Under the pieces are notes generated by a model. It was not told the origin of the DNA. It saw nothing but the letters and a program-made list of their open reading frames with translations, and did not search any database. Source: an uncultured Bacilli bacterium (GTDB taxonomy: Bacteria > Bacillota_I > Bacilli_A > RF39 > UBA660). Taken from it: a stretch of DNA of 58,825 nt. The DNA lies in the NCBI GenBank assembly GCA_947624115.1, contig CANQIS010000001.1:1-58825 (forward strand), written 5' to 3'. Within the stretch, counting starts at the first letter, position 1. Each line of letters opens with the position of its first letter. Position numbers and translations under genes: made by a program. Of this stretch, positions 8,339-18,427 are shown one piece after another.

Positions 8339-11300
8339 ATGCAACAATATATGGAAATTTTATTAAAAAAAATAAATTACTCATTAGATAAATATTCAAA
8401 TTTTCAAAATGCTAAAATAGATAAAATAGTAGGTAGTTATGATAAAACCAAATATGTTTTTTATATAACGATAGATAACATGATAAAATTAAATGATTAC
8501 CAAGAATTTATTAATTTAATAGAAAACTCTTACAAAGAAATATCAAGTATTGATGTTATGTTCAATGTAATTAACAAAAAAGATAGTGATATAAAAGAAT
8601 ATTATCGATACTTTGTTAACAAAATTGGAAAAAATTCACCACTTATATCTACACTAGCTAACTTAGATATATCAGTAGAAAACTTAAATCTCAACATAAA
8701 TGCTGATAATTTCGCTCAAAAAATAAGATTAGAAAACATTCTTGATAAACTAAAAATATTATATAAAAAAATAGGTTATGATAACTTAAACTTTAATATT
8801 AATGTCAATGATAATAATGAGATCCAATCGGAAATTGAAAAAGATTTAAAAATAGATGTTCCCAAAGAGTTATTAGAAAAAAAATACGAACAACCTCCAG
8901 AAGAAAAGAAAAAATGGATTCCCGATAAAAATTATAAACGTCCTCCACTAATCGTCGAACCAGATAATCCAGATATTGTTTTTGGTAAAAAAATAGCTGA
9001 TAAAGCTGTAAGATTAGATACCGTATCATCTACAGGTACAATAACTGTAGAAACAGAAATCTTTGGAAAAGATGTCATTGAAACAAAAACTGGACTTAGA
9101 ATTATTACTTTAAAATTGACAGATTATACTGATAGTATATATTCAAAAATATTTGTTAATGATGAAGAAGAATTTAAAATTATTGATAAAGCCTTAAAAG
9201 TAGGCAATTGGTACCGTATTAAAGGTAGTGTAAAAAACGACGACTATTCCAAGGAACTAACCTTAAGTGCTACCGATATTAATAATTTTCAAGTAATAAA
9301 AGAAGAAATAATTGATGATGCACCTGTTAAAAGAGTGGAACTACATGCTCATACAATGATGAGCCAAATGGACGGTGTCACTAAACTAGATTTAGGCAAA
9401 CATACTTGTGAATTAGTTGAAAAAACTATAAAACTAGGTTATAAAGGAGTAGCTATTACCGATCATAACGGTTGTCAAGCTTTCCCAATCTCCTTTGGAA
9501 TTATAAAATCACATAATAAAAAAATAAAAAATGAAATTAAAAGTAAAATCGAAGAATTAAAAAATAAATTATCAGAAGAAACTGATGAAAAGACAAAAGA
9601 AGAAATTCAAATAGAACTTGAAAAAGAACAAGAATTATTAAAAAATCCCCCAATTTTTAAAGGATTATATGGTACTGAATTAACATTAGTTGATGATACT
9701 GTAAATATTGTTATAAGACCAACTGATGAACCTTTAATAAACAACACTTATGTTGTCTTTGATACTGAAACCACAGGCTTTAATGCCGGTGGAGCCGATC
9801 AAATGATTGAAATAGGTGCAGTCAAAATTCAAGATGGAAATATTATTGAACGTTTTGATGAGCTAATTGATCCCCATCGCCATATTCCAGATCGTATTAC
9901 TGAATTAACTTGTATTACTGATGAAATGGTTAAAGGTAAAGATGACGAAGAAACAGTTACAAAAAAATTTTTAGAATGGACCGGTAACCTTCCTATGGTC
10001 GCTCATAACGCAAAATTCGATATATCTTTTATTGAAATGTCCATGAAAAAATATAACTTAGGAACATTTCATAATACGGTAATCGATACACTTGAATTAT
10101 CACGTACTCTAGACCAAGGCTATGCTAGACATGGTCTATCTGCCTTAGTTAAAAGATATAATGTTCCTTGGGAAGAAGATGCCCATCACCGAGCTGATTA
10201 TGATGCAGAAGGAACAGCTCTAGTTTTTCATAAGATGTTAAAAAAATTGGAAGCCCAAAAATATACTAAAATTAGTGATTTAGACAAATTAGTTTCTAAA
10301 GATGAAATACATAAATTTGGTCGTACTCACCATTTTAACGCCATTGCTTTAAATAAAAAAGGTCTAAAAAACTTATTCACAATTATATCACTTGCCAATA
10401 CAGTTTATTTATATAAGACACCAAGAATTCTAAGAAGCAAATTAAATGAGTTAAGAGAAGGATTACTAATTGGTAGTGGTTGTTATGAATCAGAAGTATT
10501 TAAAGAGGCAAGAAGTAAAGAAGGCGAAGAACTAACTAATATCATTAATTTTTATGATTATGTTGAAGTTCAACCACCTGAGGTATACGATCATTTAATT
10601 CAACTAGGTGATTTTAAAGATAAAATAGAATTAGAAAACCATATAAAAAAAATTATTGAAGCTACAAAATCTGCTGGTAAAATTATTGTTGCAACTGGAG
10701 ATGTTCATCATTTTTATAGAGAAGATAAAATTTATCGTCAAATTATTGTAAATCAAAAAGTACCAGGTGGTGGCCGTCACCCTTTAGCCAAAAACGAAAT
10801 TACAAATATACCATCACAACATTTTAGAACCACTAGAGAAATGTTAGACAATTTTGCATTTTTAGGAAATGATTTAGCATATGAAATTGTTGTAACCAAT
10901 ACTAATAAAATTTTAGATATGACTGAAGAAATTGAAGTTATACCTGATACTGGTGGAACCCCATTTTCACCAAGAATAAAAAGTGATGATGGAAAAACAT
11001 ATTTGGATTGTCCAACTGTCGTAACAGAGTTAGTTTATACTAAAGCTAAAGAATGGTATGGCGAACCATTACCATATTCAATTGAAGAGAGAATAGCTAC
11101 TGAATTATATGGTGATGTTGTACTTACAGCTGTAAAAAATGAATTATCTGATTTAACAGGCGATGAATTAACAAAACAGGCTTTTAATAAGCTACATGAA
11201 ATTATTATTCAAGGTTCAGATACAGTAAAAAATTATGTAAGAGAATACTTGAAAAATATAGCTGAAGAACCTTTAAGTGATGAACAACTAGAAAGTACGT

Positions 11301-13102
11301 TAAAAAAATCTTTAGGTGGCGTTATTGGTGCAGGCTTTGACCCAATTTATTTAATAGCCCAAAGATTAGTTAAACACTCTAATGATGAAGGATTCTTAGT
11401 TGGTTCACGTGGTTCAGTAGGATCAAGCTTTGTTGCGACACTAATGGGAATAACAGAAGTAAATCCTTTATCACCACATTATCGTTGTAGTAAATGCAAA
11501 ATAAGTATTTTTGAAGATGATGAAGGGAAATCACTTGGAGCAAGCTATTCATCTGGTTTTGATTTACCAGATAAAATGTGTCCAAACTGTCATATTCCCC
11601 TTATAAAAGATGGTCAAGATATGCCATTTGCAACATTCTTAGGATTTAATGCCGATAAAGTTCCAGATATTGATTTAAATTTCTCTGATTTAAATCAAGC
11701 AAGTACTCATGCCTATACTAAAGTCTTATTTGGTGCTGATAATGTATATCGAGCAGGAACAATTGGTACTGTTGCTGATAAAACAGCTTTTGGTTTTGTT
11801 AAAGGATATTGCGAAGATAAAAATATTGTTATGCGTACTGCTGAGGTTGAACGTCTAGCAATAGGTTGTACTGGTGTCAAAAGAACCACAGGTCAACATC
11901 CAGGTGGAATTGTTGTTATCCCTGATTATAAAACTTGCTTTGATTTTACACCATTTCAATTTCCAGCCGAAGATGCTACTGCTGAATGGCGAACAACTCA
12001 CTTCGATTACCATTCAATTGAGGAATGCGTCTTAAAACTTGATATTTTAGGACATTCTGATCCAACCCAACTAAGACTTATCCAATTACAGTCAGGTACT
12101 GATATTATGAAAGTTCCCCTTGATGATAAAGATACGATGAGTATTTTCACTTCAACTGATGTTCTAGGCGTTACTAAAGAACAAATTATGTGTAATACTG
12201 GTACTTTAGGAATACCAGAATTCGGAACACCATTTACCATAAAATTAGTCGAAGATACAAAGCCAACTACCTTTGGTGAATTAATAAAAATATCAGGATT
12301 ATCGCATGGTACTGATGTTTGGTTAGGTAATGCTCAAGAGTTAATTCAAAATAATATTGTACCATTTAAAGAAACAATAGGCTGTCGTGATGATATAATG
12401 GTTTATTTAATGTATAAAGGTGTAAAGCCAATAAAAGCTTTTAAAATAATGGAATTTGTCAGAAAAGGTAAAGCTAGTAAAGATCCAGAAACATGGAAAG
12501 AACACGTTAAAACAATGCAAGAAGCTAATATTCCAGACTGGTTTATTGGATCATGCCAAAAAATTAAATACATGTTTCCAAAGGCTCATGCTGCCGCTTA
12601 TGTTATAAGTGCTTTTAGAATTGCGTGGTATAAAGTTCATATGCCAGTTTACTTTTATGCTTCTTGGTACTCATCTAAAGCCACAGATGTTGAATTGGAG
12701 TCCATGATTAGTGGTTATAAAGCCATCAAAAATAAAATTATTGAAATTCAAAATAAAGGTCATGATGCAACAAATAAAGAATTAGGACAATCAGAAAGCT
12801 TAAAAGTTGCATTAGAAGCAACAGCTCGTGGTATGAAATTTTTAAATGTCGATTTATATAAAAGTGATGCTATTGTTTGGAACGTAAAAAGTGATACTGA
12901 AATATATCCACCATTTAACGCAATTGATGGGCTTGGAGAAACTGTAGCTAAAAATATTGTTGAAGAACGTGAAAAAGGTAATTTCTTAAGTATCGAAGAT
13001 TTACAGAATCGAGCAAAAATTTCTGGAACATTAATTGAAAAAATGCGTTTAATGGGAATTTTAGACGGTATGGACGAATCAAGTCAATTGTCTTTATTTT
13101 AA
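8339..13102 (+). CDS. polC: DNA polymerase III alpha subunit, PolC type (1587 aa)
   Basis: PHP motif ELHAHTMMSQMDG, inserted 3'-5' exonuclease VVFDTETTGF...HNAKFD...HRADYDA, polymerase core GSRGSVGSSFVA, zinc module CSKC...CPNC. Confidence 0.95.
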   Translation: MQQYMEILLKKINYSLDKYSNFQNAKIDKIVGSYDKTKYVFYITIDNMIKLNDYQEFINLIENSYKEISSIDVMFNVINKKDSDIKEYYRYFVNKIGKNSPLISTLANLDISVENLNLNINADNFAQKIRLENILDKLKILYKKIGYDNLNFNINVNDNNEIQSEIEKDLKIDVPKELLEKKYEQPPEEKKKWIPDKNYKRPPLIVEPDNPDIVFGKKIADKAVRLDTVSSTGTITVETEIFGKDVIETKTGLRIITLKLTDYTDSIYSKIFVNDEEEFKIIDKALKVGNWYRIKGSVKNDDYSKELTLSATDINNFQVIKEEIIDDAPVKRVELHAHTMMSQMDGVTKLDLGKHTCELVEKTIKLGYKGVAITDHNGCQAFPISFGIIKSHNKKIKNEIKSKIEELKNKLSEETDEKTKEEIQIELEKEQELLKNPPIFKGLYGTELTLVDDTVNIVIRPTDEPLINNTYVVFDTETTGFNAGGADQMIEIGAVKIQDGNIIERFDELIDPHRHIPDRITELTCITDEMVKGKDDEETVTKKFLEWTGNLPMVAHNAKFDISFIEMSMKKYNLGTFHNTVIDTLELSRTLDQGYARHGLSALVKRYNVPWEEDAHHRADYDAEGTALVFHKMLKKLEAQKYTKISDLDKLVSKDEIHKFGRTHHFNAIALNKKGLKNLFTIISLANTVYLYKTPRILRSKLNELREGLLIGSGCYESEVFKEARSKEGEELTNIINFYDYVEVQPPEVYDHLIQLGDFKDKIELENHIKKIIEATKSAGKIIVATGDVHHFYREDKIYRQIIVNQKVPGGGRHPLAKNEITNIPSQHFRTTREMLDNFAFLGNDLAYEIVVTNTNKILDMTEEIEVIPDTGGTPFSPRIKSDDGKTYLDCPTVVTELVYTKAKEWYGEPLPYSIEERIATELYGDVVLTAVKNELSDLTGDELTKQAFNKLHEIIIQGSDTVKNYVREYLKNIAEEPLSDEQLESTLKKSLGGVIGAGFDPIYLIAQRLVKHSNDEGFLVGSRGSVGSSFVATLMGITEVNPLSPHYRCSKCKISIFEDDEGKSLGASYSSGFDLPDKMCPNCHIPLIKDGQDMPFATFLGFNADKVPDIDLNFSDLNQASTHAYTKVLFGADNVYRAGTIGTVADKTAFGFVKGYCEDKNIVMRTAEVERLAIGCTGVKRTTGQHPGGIVVIPDYKTCFDFTPFQFPAEDATAEWRTTHFDYHSIEECVLKLDILGHSDPTQLRLIQLQSGTDIMKVPLDDKDTMSIFTSTDVLGVTKEQIMCNTGTLGIPEFGTPFTIKLVEDTKPTTFGELIKISGLSHGTDVWLGNAQELIQNNIVPFKETIGCRDDIMVYLMYKGVKPIKAFKIMEFVRKGKASKDPETWKEHVKTMQEANIPDWFIGSCQKIKYMFPKAHAAAYVISAFRIAWYKVHMPVYFYASWYSSKATDVELESMISGYKAIKNKIIEIQNKGHDATNKELGQSESLKVALEATARGMKFLNVDLYKSDAIVWNVKSDTEIYPPFNAIDGLGETVAKNIVEEREKGNFLSIEDLQNRAKISGTLIEKMRLMGILDGMDESSQLSLF

Positions 13103-13134
13103 AAAGATATCTAACAAATTGATATCTTTTTTTA
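13102..13134 (+). terminator. Intrinsic terminator after polC
   Basis: AAAGATATC-N9-GATATCTTT hairpin followed by a T-run. Confidence 0.6.
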
Positions 13135-13169
13135 TTAGGAATTTTTTTTAAAAAAATGTTGATTAAATA

Positions 13170-13198
13170 TTGACGAACATTTTTTCGTGTGCTATTAT
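13170..13198 (+). promoter_or_regulatory. recX promoter with an embedded LexA (Cheo) box-like site
   Basis: TTGACG (13170-13175), 17-nt spacer, TATTAT (13193-13198). CGAACATTTTTTCG (13174-13187) matches the Bacillota SOS box CGAACATATGTTCG at 12 of 14 positions. Confidence 0.4.
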
Positions 13199-13215
13199 GT
13201 TATTGAGGTGATAAA

Positions 13216-13989
13216 TTGAAAATTTCTAAAATAAAAAAAACATCTAACTCTAAATATAATTTATTTTTAGATAATAAAGAGAAAATATTAACTTATGATG
13301 ATGTTATCTTAAAAAATAATTTGCTTTATAATCGTGAAATTGATAGCGAATTATTGAATAAATTAAACATTGAAACTAAGTATTATGATATATACAATAA
13401 ATGTATTAAATTAATTGGTATTAGACTACGTAGTGAAAAAGAAATCGTTGATTATTTGAATAAAAACAATATTTTAGAAGATCAAAAGAAAGAAATAATT
13501 ATCAATTTAAAAAATGTTGGCTTAATTAATGATAAACAATTTACTAAGGCATATATTATGGATAAAATAAATTTTAGTAATTGTGGACCTATTAAGATAA
13601 AAAATGAGTTAAAAGAACATAATATTGAAGATTCTATAATTGATAATGAATTAAATATAATTGATTCTAATATGTTTTTAAATAAAATAAAAAAAATAAT
13701 TGATAAAAAAATAAAAAGTAATACTAAATATTCTGATTATATATTAAAACAAAAAATTATGACTGATCTAATTAACTTAGGATATTATAAAGACGATATT
13801 AGTTATTGTTTAGAAAATATTAAAGTTAATAATGAAAATTTGATTGATAGTGCCTATGATAAATTATATAAAAAGTTGGCAGTTAAATATCATGATAAAG
13901 AATTATATCAAAAAATTAAGATTAAACTATATCAGAAAGGTTTTTCAATCTCAGAAATAGATGAAATAATTAATCAAAAAATAAATTAA
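13216..13989 (+). CDS. recX: Recombination regulator RecX
   Basis: TTG start after GAGGTGA. Repeated three-helix units; RSEKEIVDYL...GLINDKQFTKAYI pattern typical of RecX. Confidence 0.7.
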   Translation: MKISKIKKTSNSKYNLFLDNKEKILTYDDVILKNNLLYNREIDSELLNKLNIETKYYDIYNKCIKLIGIRLRSEKEIVDYLNKNNILEDQKKEIIINLKNVGLINDKQFTKAYIMDKINFSNCGPIKIKNELKEHNIEDSIIDNELNIIDSNMFLNKIKKIIDKKIKSNTKYSDYILKQKIMTDLINLGYYKDDISYCLENIKVNNENLIDSAYDKLYKKLAVKYHDKELYQKIKIKLYQKGFSISEIDEIINQKIN

Positions 13990-14000
13990 AAGACATATAA

Positions 14001-14041
14001 AAAACTGATAAATAGAAATATATTCTAAATATCAGTTTTTA
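14001..14041. terminator. Bidirectional terminator between convergent recX and prsA
   Basis: AAAACTGATA...TATCAGTTTT inverted repeat flanked by an A-run and a T-run. Confidence 0.6.
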
Positions 14042-14079
14042 TTTACAACTTTCTTAAGCAATCACTAAGCCTATATTTT

Positions 14080-15048
14080 TTATTTATATGATTCGATGGT
14101 TTGATCATATATTTTCTTTATATCACTATCAATAATATTTAAATTATATTTTTTTCTTATTTCAACCCAAGATTTTTCACTTAAATTTGTATCATTTGTT
14201 AACTTTTCTTCTGCAAGTGTATCTTTAATATCATCTCTAGTATCTTCCAAAGATGGTCTTTCATTTTGACTTACTTTTAAAATGATATGATATCCATATG
14301 TACTTTTTACTGGTTCACTAGTATATTCATTATCTTTTAGATTATAAGCAGCTTCCCAAAATTCTGGTACAACACTATTAGAACCAACTTTTGAAAATCC
14401 AGAAATTAATCCACCTTGACTAGCAGTTCCAGCATCATCTGAATTCTCTTTTGCTAATTCTTCAAAATCAGCTCCATCATTTAACTGTTTAATTAAATCT
14501 TGAGCTTTACTTAAAGCTTCATTTTCTTTCATAGCTTTTTCATCATCACTCATATCATTTGTAACATCTGGTGTAATTAAAATATGTTTAGCAGTCATAT
14601 CTCCAAAAATATTTTCATCATAATAGCTTTGAATTTCTTCATCTGTAATTTGATCTTTTACATAATTTTCAACAACTTTATCTTTTTTATATTGAAGAAT
14701 TATTTCATCTAACAACTCATCTTCTGTTTCGTTAGCTTGTTTCAAAGCCTCTTCAAAATCCATATTATATAATTCATATTGATATTTTATATTTTCTAAT
14801 TCAGATTTGGCATATTTTCTAGCATCATCATCAGTTTCAATTTCTTTTTCAGCTATTTGAGTGTTAATCATATCAACTAATGCACTAGTTCCATAGTAAC
14901 TTTTTAATTTAAGATACAAGTCATTAGCAGTAAAACTCTTTCCATCAATCTCTGCTACTACTTCTTCACCATTTTCTAATTTTGGGATTGTACCACACCC
15001 AGTTAATAAAAATGCACAGGCTAATGTACTTAACAAGATTTTTTTCAT
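14080..15048 (-). CDS. prsA: Foldase lipoprotein PrsA (parvulin-type peptidyl-prolyl isomerase)
   Basis: Lipobox LLTGCG after the signal peptide. Parvulin core AKHILI...GGLISGF...YGYHIILKV. Confidence 0.85.
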   Translation of the reverse strand: MKKILLSTLACAFLLTGCGTIPKLENGEEVVAEIDGKSFTANDLYLKLKSYYGTSALVDMINTQIAEKEIETDDDARKYAKSELENIKYQYELYNMDFEEALKQANETEDELLDEIILQYKKDKVVENYVKDQITDEEIQSYYDENIFGDMTAKHILITPDVTNDMSDDEKAMKENEALSKAQDLIKQLNDGADFEELAKENSDDAGTASQGGLISGFSKVGSNSVVPEFWEAAYNLKDNEYTSEPVKSTYGYHIILKVSQNERPSLEDTRDDIKDTLAEEKLTNDTNLSEKSWVEIRKKYNLNIIDSDIKKIYDQTIESYK

Positions 15049-15196
15049 TTTTTTCTCCTTCCTCTATGATTTTTTAATCATACATGTATATGATAACAAA
15101 AATAATAAAAAAATACAATAATTAGATATAAGTATTCACATAATTTTCAAAATTCCATAAAATAATGTGAAAAGACAAAAAAAGGAGGAATGAACT

Positions 15197-15280
15197 ATGT
15201 GTAATACAGGTGTTTCTGGTGCTGCTATTGTTTTAGTATTATTTATACTTTTAATTATTATACTTGGAGCATATATTTAA
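15197..15280 (+). CDS. YjcZ-like small sporulation membrane peptide (27 aa)
   Basis: Not in the ORF track. AAGGAGG RBS. MCNTGVSGAAIVLVLFILLIIILGAYI resembles the YjcZ family (..ALIVVLFILLIIVG..). Confidence 0.5.
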   Translation: MCNTGVSGAAIVLVLFILLIIILGAYI

Positions 15281-15309
15281 GCTCTAATAAGAAGTAGGAG
15301 GTGATATAG

Positions 15310-15453
15310 TTGGCTTGTCAAAATTCTAGCAAATGTTCTAATAATTGTAATAATAATTGTATATCAACTAATCAAACTTCAAATTATTGGATTATAATAA
15401 TTTTGTACATTTTACTTGCTATCATAATTGGAACATATATTAGTTGGTATTAA
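15310..15453 (+). CDS. YjcZ-like small Cys/Asn-rich membrane peptide (47 aa)
   Basis: Not in the ORF track. AGGAGGTGA RBS then TTG. MACQNSSKCSNNCNNNCISTNQTSNYWIIIILYILLAIIIGTYISWY. Confidence 0.45.
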   Translation: MACQNSSKCSNNCNNNCISTNQTSNYWIIIILYILLAIIIGTYISWY

Positions 15454-15466
15454 ATTCTATGATATA

Positions 15467-15516
15467 ACCTATAAAGAAATTCTATAAAATATAGAAAATA
15501 TTCTTTATAGGTTTTA
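15467..15516 (+). terminator. Terminator hairpin after the YjcZ-like genes
   Basis: ACCTATAAAGAA (15467-15478) / TTCTTTATAGGT (15501-15512) 12-bp stem followed by TTT. Confidence 0.5.
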
Positions 15517-15948
15517 AATTTATATAATTATAAAAGAAACAAAATCTATTAATTGTAGTTTTTTATAATGATTAATTAAAAAATATCTTATAAAAACTAA
15601 TTATAAATAAAATATCATAATCATGACTAACATACTAAAATATTCATAAAGTTTTAATTACCATAATATATTAAATTTAATTAAGACAATCTATCTTTAA
15701 AAATATTTACTAATGTTTTTTATCAATAACAATAAACAAAAAATTTAAATATAAGTTAAAAATTCATATTATAATTAAAAATTATTATAATAGTTACCAA
15801 AATCAAATCATTAGAATATATTATAGTGTATAGAATTCAAAAAATTTTTAATATTAAAAATAGAATATAAAAGTTCTAAATATGTTATTACAGAATATTA
15901 TTAAGTGTGATCGATAAATACAACGATTCACAAAAGAATTATTTTGTA

Positions 15949-16042
15949 ACAAATATAGATAAATAATCTATATTTGTAATTATTAGTACGCTAATGCATT
16001 AGCGTTTAATATAGATTGAGAACCAATTACAATGGTTCTTTT
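15949..16042 (+). other. Cluster of three consecutive hairpins, the last terminator-like (possible sRNA 3' end)
   Basis: 12-bp stem ACAAATATAGAT/ATCTATATTTGT (15949-15977). Perfect 18-bp palindrome ACGCTAATGCATTAGCGT (15988-16005). AGAACCA/TGGTTCT stem plus TTTT (16019-16042). Confidence 0.3.
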
Positions 16043-16144
16043 AAATGGAATTTTTGTTATAAAAAATAAAAAAACAGTTGACTTTTAATAAACGGTATGA
16101 TATTATTGAAAGGCGGCTTTGATTTGAAAGAGGGATAAAATTAA

Positions 16145-16630
16145 ATGAAAGATTATTTAAAGAAAGTTGATTCAACTGATATAATGGCAGCTTTTCGAGC
16201 TATATCATCATCACCAGTTAGTGAATCAATTAAAGAAATAGAAAAGAATATACTAATTAATGATGCTTTTAGAAAATATAATAAAATGTTATTAGAAAAT
16301 AGGTTAACATATTGGAATTTCTTTAATGTCATTACAATCGTTGGGTATAAATATGATGCCAATAAAGTTGAAAATATTTATAGAAAATTAGTTATAATAA
16401 AAAAATTAATTTCTAAACAATCGAATCTTACACAAGAAGAACAATTAAAAATATTTGATGATATTTGTACACAATTAATTAGTATATATGTTAGTAAAGA
16501 AGAAGAACAGACTAAACAAATCAATTTAAATAATTATTACACAGAAACATTACAAACTCTAAACGAAGATTCGAATATTCAAATAGAGTTTACAAAGGAA
16601 AAGCAATTTATTAAAAAAGTCTTAGTATAA
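16145..16630 (+). CDS. Hypothetical protein (161 aa)
   Basis: ORF preceded by TTGACT(16078-16083)-17-TATTAT(16101-16106) and a GAGGGA RBS. Confidence 0.55.
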   Translation: MKDYLKKVDSTDIMAAFRAISSSPVSESIKEIEKNILINDAFRKYNKMLLENRLTYWNFFNVITIVGYKYDANKVENIYRKLVIIKKLISKQSNLTQEEQLKIFDDICTQLISIYVSKEEEQTKQINLNNYYTETLQTLNEDSNIQIEFTKEKQFIKKVLV

Positions 16631-16677
16631 AAAAGGAACTATTAGAAATTAATTATTTAATTTCATAATAGTCCTTT

Positions 16678-17211
16678 TTAAATTATATATTTACTAATAC
16701 CATATTTTTCTTCCTTAGGATCAAAAAATAAATCATTTTCTGGTGGATAATAAGTTAATAAACCAAAACCAATATAAGAAATAATAATTAAAACAATTGT
16801 TAAAATATTTAAATTAAATTCTTTTACATTCAATATTTTATAATTTATAAACTGAACAATAATTATATCAATTAACATGATAGAAATAGTTATAAACATA
16901 TTTTCACCCATTTTATAATAAATTGGTAAAAACATAATTAGATAAATTGGAATACTTACAATCGCAGTTACAAAACTAGCAAATAAAAAGTTATTAACTT
17001 TAATCTGTTTAATAGATAAAATTATATATTCGATTATTTCATATAATAATATTGTTGTAAACAACATTTTCATATGTTCCCATATACTTTCATTTACTGG
17101 AAAAAAAATTGAAAAAAGACTATTAGGAAACCAAGTATATAGAAAATGAGTTAGAAAAGCTAGTATAAAAGTACCAAATACACTAAATACCTTCCATTTT
17201 TTTAAATTCAT
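16678..17211 (-). CDS. Polytopic membrane protein (177 aa, DUF6512-like)
   Basis: Five or six hydrophobic helices; conserved-looking NESIWEHMK motif. Confidence 0.6.
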   Translation of the reverse strand: MNLKKWKVFSVFGTFILAFLTHFLYTWFPNSLFSIFFPVNESIWEHMKMLFTTILLYEIIEYIILSIKQIKVNNFLFASFVTAIVSIPIYLIMFLPIYYKMGENMFITISIMLIDIIIVQFINYKILNVKEFNLNILTIVLIIISYIGFGLLTYYPPENDLFFDPKEEKYGISKYII

Positions 17212-17246
17212 TCAACATCACCTTGTTATTAATATATGCAATAATA

Positions 17247-17328
17247 TTGATTTTATAATTTGCTTAAAATGTATTTTTATAGTATAATTGATTTTATAAT
17301 TTGCTTAAAATGTATTTTTATAGTATAA
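17247..17328 (+). repeat. Perfect 41-bp tandem duplication, each unit carrying a promoter
   Basis: TTGATTTTATAATTTGCTTAAAATGTATTTTTATAGTATAA occurs twice (17247-17287, 17288-17328). TTGCTT-17-TATAAT at 17260-17288 and again at 17301-17329. Confidence 0.9.
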
Positions 17329-17368
17329 TAATACATATTATTAAATTTCTAGAAAGGAAATATTTTTT

Positions 17369-18427
17369 ATGATTGAAAGATTAAATTCGATAGAAGAAAG
17401 ATACAATCAAATCTCAACTGAACTTATTGATCCAAATAATATAACCGATATAAAAAAAATGACTGAATTAAGTAAAGAACAAGCTTCTATAAAAGAAGCT
17501 TATGATACATATCAAGAATATAAAAAAATATTGTCTGATATTGAAGTAGCAAAAGAAATGTTAAAAGATAATGACATGATTGAATTTGCTAAAGAAGAAT
17601 TAGCAAATTTAGAAGAAAAAAAACAACAACTAGAAAATAATTTTGAAATTATTTTATTACCAAAAGACCCTAACGATGGCAAAAATGTTATTGTTGAAAT
17701 TAGAGGAGCAGCTGGTGGTGATGAAGGAAATATTTTTGCTGGAGATTTATACGAAATGTATAAGAAATATGCTGAAAATCAAGGCTGGAAAATTGATATC
17801 ATTGAAGAAGAACATTCGGAAGCCGGTGGCTATTCCTTAATAAGTTTTATGGTTAAAGGTGATAATGTTTACTCTAAACTAAAATATGAAAGTGGTGCAC
17901 ACCGTGTTCAGCGTGTCCCATCTACCGAAACTCAAGGAAGAGTCCATACTTCAACCGCTACTGTCCTTGTTATGCCAGAAGCAGAAGAAGTCGATTATAC
18001 ACTAGATATGAGTGAAGTTAGAATTGATATCACGAGAAGTAGTGGCTGTGGCGGACAAGGTGTTAATACGACCGATTCAGCTGTTAGACTTACTCATATA
18101 CCAACAGGCATAGTTGTTTATTCACAAACTGAACGTTCACAAATAAAAAATAAAGAAAAAGCCATAAAAATTTTACAAACAAGACTATACGATTTAAAAA
18201 TGCAAGAAAGAGAACAAGAACTTGGCGTTGAAAGAAGAAGCAAAATTGGTACTGGAGATCGAAGCGAAAAAATAAGAACTTATAATTATCCACAAAATCG
18301 TGTTACCGATCATCGAATTGGCTTTACTTTAAAACAATTAGATAGAGTTATGAATGGTGAAATGGAAGAAATAATCGAAGCATTAATTCAAGAAGATCAA
18401 ATTCGTAAATTAAAAGGCGAAGATTAA
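17369..18427 (+). CDS. prfA: Peptide chain release factor 1
   Basis: PST tripeptide (VPSTETQGR) and GGQ motif (SGCGGQGVNTTDSAVR). Confidence 0.95.
   Translation: MIERLNSIEERYNQISTELIDPNNITDIKKMTELSKEQASIKEAYDTYQEYKKILSDIEVAKEMLKDNDMIEFAKEELANLEEKKQQLENNFEIILLPKDPNDGKNVIVEIRGAAGGDEGNIFAGDLYEMYKKYAENQGWKIDIIEEEHSEAGGYSLISFMVKGDNVYSKLKYESGAHRVQRVPSTETQGRVHTSTATVLVMPEAEEVDYTLDMSEVRIDITRSSGCGGQGVNTTDSAVRLTHIPTGIVVYSQTERSQIKNKEKAIKILQTRLYDLKMQEREQELGVERRSKIGTGDRSEKIRTYNYPQNRVTDHRIGFTLKQLDRVMNGEMEEIIEALIQEDQIRKLKGED

Noticed and set aside
11080-11330. Extra ~60-aa segment in PolC (..VLTAVKNELSDLTGDELTKQAFNKLHEIIIQGSDTVKNYVREYLKNIAEEPLSDEQLESTLKKSLGG..) and the Lys/Glu-rich insert near 9500-9650, considered as an intein or mobile insertion.
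   Set aside because: There are no intein splice-junction motifs (no Cys/Ser...His-Asn-Cys/Ser/Thr boundaries) and no homing-endonuclease motifs. These look like lineage-specific linker expansions typical of AT-rich genomes.
17247-17328. The 41-bp repeats (and other AT-rich repeats) as a CRISPR array.
   Set aside because: Only two contiguous units are present with no spacer between them, and there are no cas genes anywhere in the window.
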